Shown here: one piece after another, positions 37,788-44,107 of the stretch
How the letters are laid out: every line of letters begins with the position of its first letter
Numbering within the stretch: position 1 is the stretch's first letter
Assembly: GCA_945874545.1 (NCBI GenBank)
Contig: CAMCHD010000001.1
Span: 1 to 44,107, forward strand
Length of the DNA: 44,107 nucleotides
Source: Akkermansia muciniphila
GTDB lineage: Bacteria; Verrucomicrobiota; Verrucomicrobiia; Opitutales; Opitutaceae
Direction: 5' to 3'
Translations under genes and position numbers: made by a program
The notes under the pieces: generated by a model
Databases searched by the model: none
Seen by the model: the letters and a program-made list of their open reading frames with translations, nothing else
What the model was told of the DNA's origin: nothing

Positions 37788-38903
37788 TCAGCGCGTCACG
37801 GAGAGCCGGAGGAAGCGCCGCGGACCGTCGCCGGGGATAGCGGTGTCGGTCACCAGCTGGAGGCCGGCCGGGAGCGTGGCGGAGGTGAAGCTGGAGACCG
37901 TGGTCCAATCGATGAGGTCGACGGAGCCCTGCACGGTGTAGGTAAGGGCCGGGTCGGCGATGGTGGTGAAACCGAGGGTGAGGCGGCCTTCGGCGTCGCG
38001 ACCGAGGGCGAGAGGCGAGAGGGTAGGGAGGGCGGGGTTGGTGCCGGTGGCGTATTCGACCAGGTTGGGGATGCCATCGGAGTCGAAATCGGCGGCGTCG
38101 GCGGAGGAACCGGTGACGGGCTCGGTCTGCGGCTCGGTGGTTTGGAAGAAAGACTGGCGCCAGGTTTGCAGCGGGGTGAGGACGGGGACGGAGGCGAGGA
38201 CGACGGAGTCCACCGTGAAGCTGCCGCCGGTAAAGTTGCCCAAGGTGCGCAAGTCGAAATGGCTGATGGTGCGACCGGCGCTGCCGGTGGAGAGCGCCTT
38301 TTCGGGGATGGCGACGGTGGTGACGCCGCCGTCGGTGTAGCTGACGGCGAAGGTGTTGGTGTTCCGGTTGATCGTCAGGGTGAGGATGAACGGGGTGCTG
38401 CGCGTCGTCGGCAGGCCGGTGAGGAAGATGTTGTTGTTGGCCGAGCCGGAATCGCGGTAGCGCACGCTCACACCGGCGTCGGACGCGAGGAAGGTCAGTT
38501 CGGTGACGAGCGAGGCGGCGGTGGCGGCGGCGTTGCGCAGATCGAAATACACCGTCTGGAGGTTGGTGGTGCCGGACGGCAGGTCCCAGCCGGCCACGGT
38601 GATGGTCAGGGTGTAGATTCCGGTCGCGGGCGCGTAGGGCCCGACGGGGGCGTAGGATACGGCGGTGGTGGCGATGTTGTTGTATTGGATCGAGAGCGCG
38701 CCGGAGCCGTTGGTGGCCACGCCGGGGATGTCGGTGGCGAAGAGCGCGGCCGGGGTGATCGAGTTCGCGACGCCGGGGAGCAGGGTGCCGACGGCGTCGT
38801 CGAAGTTCCAAGCATGGAGGGCCTGGGCGGAGGCGAGGGCGGGCGCGGCGAGGAGGACGAGCGCGGCGACACCGGGAGCGAGGCGAAGGGAGCGGAAATG
38901 CAT
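37788..38903 (-). CDS. Secreted W-x-F-x-D-domain protein with C-terminal DxDxDG/F-x-R-L domain
   Basis: Signal peptide from MHFRSL (ATG 38903); HAWNFDD.VGT.L...ATNGSGAL.I.YN, VAGWD; C-terminal ADFDSDGIPNLVEYATGTNP...RRFLRLSV. Confidence 0.8.
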   Translation of the reverse strand: MHFRSLRLAPGVAALVLLAAPALASAQALHAWNFDDAVGTLLPGVANSITPAALFATDIPGVATNGSGALSIQYNNIATTAVSYAPVGPYAPATGIYTLTITVAGWDLPSGTTNLQTVYFDLRNAAATAASLVTELTFLASDAGVSVRYRDSGSANNNIFLTGLPTTRSTPFILTLTINRNTNTFAVSYTDGGVTTVAIPEKALSTGSAGRTISHFDLRTLGNFTGGSFTVDSVVLASVPVLTPLQTWRQSFFQTTEPQTEPVTGSSADAADFDSDGIPNLVEYATGTNPALPTLSPLALGRDAEGRLTLGFTTIADPALTYTVQGSVDLIDWTTVSSFTSATLPAGLQLVTDTAIPGDGPRRFLRLSVTR

Positions 38904-38950
38904 GGGTGGCGGGGGTGCGCTCAGGATAAGCAACCGGGATGCGGGCCGGG

Positions 38951-38966
38951 CCCCCCGAAGGTGGTA
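38951..38966. promoter_or_regulatory. Putative 7-2-7 regulator box with downstream -10 element
   Basis: Reverse complement TACCACC-TT-CGGGGGG, 48 nt upstream of ATG 38903; TATCCT lies 22 nt downstream. Confidence 0.55.
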
Positions 38967-39043
38967 TCGAGGCCGGTTTTTTTGCGGGTTGCGGAGCGGT
39001 GCCGGAGGGAGCGCGCGAAGGTTCCAGCGCAGGGGAGCGGACA

Positions 39044-39077
39044 TAAGAAAGCCCCCCGGCCGGTTGGCGCGGGGGGC
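39044..39077 (-). terminator. Probable intrinsic terminator after the PEP-CTERM gene
   Basis: Minus-strand GCCCCCC...GGGGGGC stem followed by TTTCTT. Confidence 0.65.
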
Positions 39078-39107
39078 GATGGAGTGACGAGGGGCGCGGG
39101 GGGGGAA

Positions 39108-39899
39108 TCAGCTCCGGCGGCGGCGGGCGCCGACGAGGGCGAGCGCGGCGACGCCAAACAGGGCGGCGGCGGTGGCGGGCTCGGGGATGGCGGAGACGGT
39201 GATGCTGTCCACGGTGAAGCCGCCGCCGCCCTCGGTGAAGTTGTCCAAGGTGCGGATGAGAACAAAATTCGCGCCGCGGTCGGCGGCCAGGGTCCCGCCG
39301 GTTACGGTGGAATAGTTGTCCGCGCTGGTTGAAATGGTGTAGGTATCGGCGTCAAAGTTGGCCACCAGGCGGAAGGTCACCGGAGTGGCCTGGGTCTTGC
39401 CGAATGCGATGCCCGTGGCGGTGTTGGTCGATCCGGTGCCGCCGGCCACGCCGACGATCTCCGCCCCGGAGGCGTCGGCGGCGAATTGGATAAGCGCGGT
39501 GCGGGTGGTGCCGTTGCTGCTACCGGTGACGTTGGCGAAACCGAATTCGACCAGCGGGCCGAAGTCGGGCTCGGCGGTTACCCCGGAAAGATCCCAACCG
39601 GCCACCAGCACATCGAGCTGAAGGATGCCGGCGCCCACGTCGGGGACGTCCGCGAAGGATCGGGTCGAGGAGGCGCTGTTGTAGGCTATCACCAGGCCGC
39701 CGGTGCCGTTGGTGGCGACGCCGGTGATGCCGAGGTTGAAGGAGATGCTACTGGTGCTGGCGGAGGCGTTCAGTCCGGTGCCGGCGGTGTCGTTGAAGTT
39801 CCAGGTGTGCAGAACCTGGGCGGAGGCGAGGACGGGCAGGACCAACGCGGTCGCGAGGGCGAGCGCGGAGCGGACGGAGGAGCAGGTGTGTGTGTTCAT
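39108..39899 (-). CDS. PEP-CTERM surface protein with W-x-F-x-D domain
   Basis: Signal peptide; HTWNFNDTAGTGL...ATNGTGGL...SFADVPDV..GILQLDV.VAGWD; C-terminal IPEP, TM segment and RRRRS. Confidence 0.88.
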   Translation of the reverse strand: MNTHTCSSVRSALALATALVLPVLASAQVLHTWNFNDTAGTGLNASASTSSISFNLGITGVATNGTGGLVIAYNSASSTRSFADVPDVGAGILQLDVLVAGWDLSGVTAEPDFGPLVEFGFANVTGSSNGTTRTALIQFAADASGAEIVGVAGGTGSTNTATGIAFGKTQATPVTFRLVANFDADTYTISTSADNYSTVTGGTLAADRGANFVLIRTLDNFTEGGGGFTVDSITVSAIPEPATAAALFGVAALALVGARRRRS

Positions 39900-39924
39900 G
39901 GTAGGGCGGAGGAAAGGAGCGGGT

Positions 39925-41109
39925 TCAGGGAGCGGTGGCCGGGGTGGGTCCGACGGCGAGGCGCAGGAAGCGTCGCGCGGTGGCGTTGGCCGGCTGGGTG
40001 TCGGCGACCACTTGCGGGCCGGCCCCGAGGCCGGCGCCGGTGGCGCTGGAAATCCGGGTCCAGGCCGAGAGATCGCCGGAGGCGAAGACTTCGTAGGTGA
40101 GATTCGGATCGGCGATGCTGGTGAACCCGAGGGTCAGGCGGCCGGCGAGGTCGCGACCGACGGTGGTCGGGGCGGGATCGATCGTGGTGGGCACGGTGCC
40201 GGTGGCGTATTCGAGCAGGTTGACTATCCCGTCGCCATCGGGGTCGGCGGTATCGCCGGCGGCGGCGGGATCGGCCGGCGCGGGAAAATACAGGTCGCGC
40301 CAGGTCTTGGGAGTCAGCGGGGGCGGGGTGTAGGTCAGGGTGATGCTGTCGATCGTGAAGCGGCCGCCGCTGCCCCCGATGGTGAAATCGTCGAGACCGC
40401 GGAGGCTCACAAAGTTGGCGCCCTTGCCGCTGGCGATCGCGCCCGTGGCGAGCACGGCGTGGTCGGTGTCGCTGGTGGACACGGTGTAGCTCAGGGTGTC
40501 GAAATCGACCCGCAGACGGAAGGTGATCGGCGTGGTGCGGACAAAGCCGAACAGGTGGTCCTCCGCGGGATCGGTCGAGGCGGCGGCGGAGGCGCCATCG
40601 CCGCCGGTGTTTCCGGCCACGCCGGCGACCAGCACCCCGTAGGCGGGGTTCACCGCGTAGGCGGCGGCGTCGACCTCCAGGTAGATGTGGGCGGTGCGAA
40701 TGGTGGCGTTATTGCCGGCGCTGGCGGCCGAGAGCCCGACCTCCAGGAGAGGGGTGAACGTGTCGACCAGGGCGTCGGCGCCGGTGAAGTCCCAGCCGGC
40801 GACGTTCACGTCGAGTTGCAGCACGCCGGTGGATACGTCCGGGATGTCGGCGAAGGAACGGCCGGAAACGGCGTTGTTGTAGGTGATCGCCAGACCTCCG
40901 GCGCCGTCGGCGGCGAAGCCGTCCAGGGCGGGGCTGAAGGCCGCTCCGCCCGCCACGGCGTTGGCCAGGGCGGGCAGGGCGGTGCCGGCGGGATCGTTGA
41001 ATTGCCAGGACTGAAGGAGCTGGGCCCGAAGGGCGGACGGGCCGAGGAGGAGCAGGGCGCAGCCGAGGGCGTGGACCAGGCGGCGGGCGGCGGAGGCGGC
41101 GGTTTTCAT
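39925..41109 (-). CDS. Secreted W-x-F-x-D-domain protein with C-terminal DxDxDG/F-x-R-L domain
   Basis: Signal peptide from MKTAAS (ATG 41109); QSWQFNDPAGT.L, SFADIPDV..GVLQLDVNVAGWD; C-terminal ADPDGDGIVNLLEYATGT...RRFLRLAV. Confidence 0.8.
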   Translation of the reverse strand: MKTAASAARRLVHALGCALLLLGPSALRAQLLQSWQFNDPAGTALPALANAVAGGAAFSPALDGFAADGAGGLAITYNNAVSGRSFADIPDVSTGVLQLDVNVAGWDFTGADALVDTFTPLLEVGLSAASAGNNATIRTAHIYLEVDAAAYAVNPAYGVLVAGVAGNTGGDGASAAASTDPAEDHLFGFVRTTPITFRLRVDFDTLSYTVSTSDTDHAVLATGAIASGKGANFVSLRGLDDFTIGGSGGRFTIDSITLTYTPPPLTPKTWRDLYFPAPADPAAAGDTADPDGDGIVNLLEYATGTVPTTIDPAPTTVGRDLAGRLTLGFTSIADPNLTYEVFASGDLSAWTRISSATGAGLGAGPQVVADTQPANATARRFLRLAVGPTPATAP

Positions 41110-41156
41110 GAGGGACTGGGTGTCCCTTCGAAACCGCATGTCCCATACCGCCGGAC

Positions 41157-41172
41157 TACACCTTTGGTTGTG
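41157..41172. promoter_or_regulatory. Putative 7-2-7 regulator box
   Basis: TACACCT-TT-GGTTGTG, 48 nt upstream of ATG 41109. Confidence 0.6.
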
Positions 41173-41200
41173 TTTCGGGCCCCGGGCCGGCTCCGGGCGC

Positions 41201-43717
41201 TCAGACCAATCCGAGCTCGGGCTGGGCCTCGGCGGGGGAGAGGCGGGCCTGGTGGCTGAAGAGGTGGTCGTTAAAGACCGGATACAAGGCGTAAAGGCGC
41301 TCCAGCAGGCCGGACAGGAGTTTTTCGAGGGGCGGCAGGTCCGTGTCGCCGCGGAAGTGGCGGGCGGGTTTCAGCTCGCCGAGAAACAGCAGCAGGTCCT
41401 GGGCGGCCTTTTCCGGCGCGCCGGGCCCGGCGGCGGGGTCGCTCTCCTGGCGGATGGCGGCCAGGCTGTGTTTGATCGCGTGCACCAGGTGGAACAGGCC
41501 GTGCGGCGCGTCCGGCTGTTGGAGAAAAAACTCGGCGACGTAGCGCGGCTGGCTGCGGGCCTGGTAGAGCCGGCGGTAGGCGTCCTGCGAGCCCAGCATA
41601 CGAAGGAGGGCGGACAACTCGGGGTTGTCACGGTAGTGTCCGGGGCGCAGCCGGCCGGGGCGGGCGTGGGCGCCGAGCACGTGGCGCAGCGCGCTGCAGG
41701 TCATGATCGCGCGTTCCAGATAGACGCCGAGGCGCAGGAAATGCCAGGCGGCGTCGTGCAGCATGGTGTGGTCGGCGGTGGCGTGGAACGCGGGCACGTG
41801 ATCGAGCACCAACTGCTCGGCCTCGTGGGCGAGGTGCTGGCGGACCTTGGCGGCGGCGACCGGGCCCCTGGGGATGGGGCGGTGCCGCAGCGTCTCCAGG
41901 CGGGAGTGAAGGCGGGTGAGCACGCGCCAGGCCTCGGGCGAGAGGGTGTCGCGCAGTTGGCCGGCGTTGTAGAGCACGGAGGAGGAGGCGGCCGCGACCG
42001 AGCCCGGGGTGGCGAGGTCGAGGGTCAGGCGCCAGGCGAGGTCCGCTCCGAAGGTCTCGTGGGGGCGGGTGCGGGCGTCGAGGCGGGGGCCCGAGTGTCC
42101 GGTGGCTTCGAGCAGGCCGCGCCAGACGGGCAGCCAGTGGCGGCGATCCCGGGCCGGGATCTCCTCCAGCGCCACGTCGTCGAGGATGGCGAGCATGCGT
42201 GCGGTGGCCTCGGCGCGCTCCAGGTAGCGGCCGAGCCAGAAGAGGCTCTCGGCGGTGCGGGAGCCGAGCTGCGAGGGCCGGGGGGAGTCGCCGGGATCGT
42301 GGGACTCGTGGTCGGCTATGCCGCCGGAGTTGTGGGACCCGAGCAGCACCAACGCGTCCGCGGTGGGGCCCACGCGGCCCGGCGGCGGGTAGGCCGCGCC
42401 GAGGTGGACCAGGCCGCCGGGAAAAACGTCGTGGCGACGGTCGTGGGTGAGCACGAATACGCTCAGGCAAAAGGGGGCGGCGGCGGACCGGCCGCCGGTG
42501 CGGCGCCCGTCGAGGGCGAGGGCCTCGGGCGCGGCCTGGGCGACGTAGGCGTGGGGATTGCGCAGGACGCGGCGGTCGAGTCCGGCGGCGGTCAGGAGCG
42601 GGCGGCGGTGGGCGGGGCGGGCGACGGTGTAGTTGTCCGGCGACTCGTGGGCGGGGCGGATGACGAAGCGGTCGTGCTGGTCGAGGATCTGCTCGACGCG
42701 GTCGGGGTCGCCGCAGGCGTAGGTCTCGGGCGCGGGCAGCAGGAGTTTTTCGCCGAGGTAGAATCGGGCCAGGCGGGGCAGGTAGGCCTCGATCACCTGG
42801 CTCTCGGCCAGGCCGGTGCCGATGGTGTTGGCGACGGCGACGCGGCCGGCGCGAATGCATTGGAGCAGGCCGGGGATACCGGCGGTCTCGCGGTCGGTCG
42901 AAAACACGACGGGGTCGATGTGGGCGTCGTTCAGGCGGCGGTAAAGCACGTCCACGCGCTCGAGGCCGGCGACGGTCTTGAAGTAGACGGTGTTGTCCAG
43001 CACGAGCAGGTCGTCGCCGCGGGCGAGGGGCAGGCCCATCTTGCGGGCGAGGAAGCTGTGTTCGGAAAAAAACGCGTCGTGGGGGCCGGCGGTCAGGACG
43101 ACGATGGAAGGGGAGGGGCGGTCGCGGGGCGCGAGGGCGCGCAGGGCGTGGAGGAGTTGGAGGGGAAAATTGATGACGCTGTGGTAATCGGGCAGGGCGC
43201 GGTAGAGGTCGCCGGCCTCCTGGGTCATGAAGCGGCGGTTTTGCACCGCGTAGCTCAGGCCGATGGGCGTGTTGGAGCGGGTTTGCACGCAGCGCCAGCC
43301 GGCGGGGGTGCGCACGAGGTCGAAGCGGAGCAGGGTGGCGGGGTTGGCGCGTTCGGGGTCGAGGCCGAGAAGAGGGCGGCGGTAGAACGGATCGGAAAGC
43401 ACCGCCTCGGGGGGGAGGATGCCGGCGCGCAGGCTTTGTTGACGGTGGTAAAGATCGACCAGCAGGGCGTTGACCAGACGGGCGCGCTGGCGGAGCCCGG
43501 CCTCGAGCGGGGCCCACTCCTCGGCCGACAGCACGAGCGGCGTGGGTTCGAGGCTCCAGAAATGGTGGTGGGAGCGGCCGGAGGCGTCCTCGCGGGGGGA
43601 AAGATCGGTCAGGCTGGCGTCGCGGATGGAGAGGCGCAGGCGCGGGCGCAGGGTGCGGCGTTGGGCGGGGTGGAGCGAGGGCGGGGCGGGCTGGGTGTTT
43701 GCCGGCGGCGTGGGCAT
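41201..43717 (-). CDS. Circularly permuted ATP-grasp (type 2) fused to an alpha-E (DUF403) domain
   Basis: P.VLSAEEW..LEAGL.QRA.L.NALL.DLY, VLTAGP....FSEHSFLAR.MG, RVDVLYRR, GIPGLLQ..RAG.V.VAN..G.G; alpha-E motifs SRTAESLFWLGRYLERAE and FLRLG.YLERA. ATG at 43717 preferred. Confidence 0.88.
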   Translation of the reverse strand: MPTPPANTQPAPPSLHPAQRRTLRPRLRLSIRDASLTDLSPREDASGRSHHHFWSLEPTPLVLSAEEWAPLEAGLRQRARLVNALLVDLYHRQQSLRAGILPPEAVLSDPFYRRPLLGLDPERANPATLLRFDLVRTPAGWRCVQTRSNTPIGLSYAVQNRRFMTQEAGDLYRALPDYHSVINFPLQLLHALRALAPRDRPSPSIVVLTAGPHDAFFSEHSFLARKMGLPLARGDDLLVLDNTVYFKTVAGLERVDVLYRRLNDAHIDPVVFSTDRETAGIPGLLQCIRAGRVAVANTIGTGLAESQVIEAYLPRLARFYLGEKLLLPAPETYACGDPDRVEQILDQHDRFVIRPAHESPDNYTVARPAHRRPLLTAAGLDRRVLRNPHAYVAQAAPEALALDGRRTGGRSAAAPFCLSVFVLTHDRRHDVFPGGLVHLGAAYPPPGRVGPTADALVLLGSHNSGGIADHESHDPGDSPRPSQLGSRTAESLFWLGRYLERAEATARMLAILDDVALEEIPARDRRHWLPVWRGLLEATGHSGPRLDARTRPHETFGADLAWRLTLDLATPGSVAAASSSVLYNAGQLRDTLSPEAWRVLTRLHSRLETLRHRPIPRGPVAAAKVRQHLAHEAEQLVLDHVPAFHATADHTMLHDAAWHFLRLGVYLERAIMTCSALRHVLGAHARPGRLRPGHYRDNPELSALLRMLGSQDAYRRLYQARSQPRYVAEFFLQQPDAPHGLFHLVHAIKHSLAAIRQESDPAAGPGAPEKAAQDLLLFLGELKPARHFRGDTDLPPLEKLLSGLLERLYALYPVFNDHLFSHQARLSPAEAQPELGLV

Positions 43718-43820
43718 GCGAACGGTCAGGGTGGGAGCGTCGCGCGACCGGGGGCAAGCGCGACGGCGCGGGTGTTTTTGGGGGTTGGCGGCGGCGGCGC
43801 GGCGGTGTGGGGTGTTTCGC

Positions 43821-44107
43821 ATGCTTCCGTTATGGGATACCCAACCGCATCACCGACCACCGGTGCTCACCGCGTTGCTCATCGCCGCGTGTCTCGGCGT
43901 CTTCGGCTACGAGGTGTCGCTCATGCTCTCCGGCGAAAAGGCCTTCGCGGACTGGATGACGACGCACGCGCTGGTGCCGGCGCGCTGGCTGGCGGGCGTG
44001 GCGGACCCGGCGCAGTGGGCGACCATCGCCACTTCGATGTTTCTCCATGGCGGGGTGGCGCACGTGCTGGGCAACTGCTGGTTTTTATGGGTCTTTGGCA
44101 ACAACGT
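43821..44107 (+). CDS. Rhomboid-family intramembrane serine protease (5' part only)
   Basis: Translated by hand: MLPLWDTQP...PVLTALLIA...TSMFLHGGVAHVLGNCWFLWVFGNN, the typical rhomboid TM2 motif; runs off the window. Confidence 0.88.
   Translation, partial: MLPLWDTQPHHRPPVLTALLIAACLGVFGYEVSLMLSGEKAFADWMTTHALVPARWLAGVADPAQWATIATSMFLHGGVAHVLGNCWFLWVFGNN

Noticed and set aside
43718-43822. Longer start for the ATP-grasp gene at 43822, overlapping the rhomboid ATG
   Set aside because: The extension is low-complexity and would remove the divergent promoter region; ATG 43717 is more plausible.

Overview
High-GC bacterial chromosomal window, most likely Verrucomicrobiota (Opitutaceae-like). This is inferred from the PEP-CTERM proteins, an H-X9-DG prepilin-like protein, a TGTTC-N4-GAACA box before recA, and leaders without Shine-Dalgarno sequences. 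The left half (1-20 kb) is housekeeping plus accessory genes: ilvC, ilvN, tRNA-Val, asd, an L,D-transpeptidase, a PL9 pectate lyase and a multi-Ig CE8 pectin methylesterase flanking an ABC-F gene, a deoxyhypusine-synthase-like enzyme, a four-gene partner-switching module (RsbW-like, STAS, cNMP-PP2C, SulP-STAS-cNMP), a Mini-III-like RNase, a DMT protein and recA. The right half (20-41 kb) is the most interesting part, a ~21-kb locus that looks like a PUL-style system for scavenging extracellular cyanophycin. It holds an arginine succinyltransferase operon (M20 hydrolase-astA-astD-astB), a TonB-dependent receptor, an orphan OppA-like lipoprotein, two secreted cyanophycinase-family enzymes, two paralogous LuxR regulators, a prepilin-like protein and a family of surface proteins with alternative C-terminal anchors. 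A 16-bp 7-2-7 box (about TRCMACC-TT-NGKKGTA), read directly from the sequence, occurs in seven intergenic regions of this locus and may tie it into one regulon. The window ends with a CP-ATP-grasp/alpha-E fusion and the start of a rhomboid protease. All calls come from reading motifs by eye; no searches were run.
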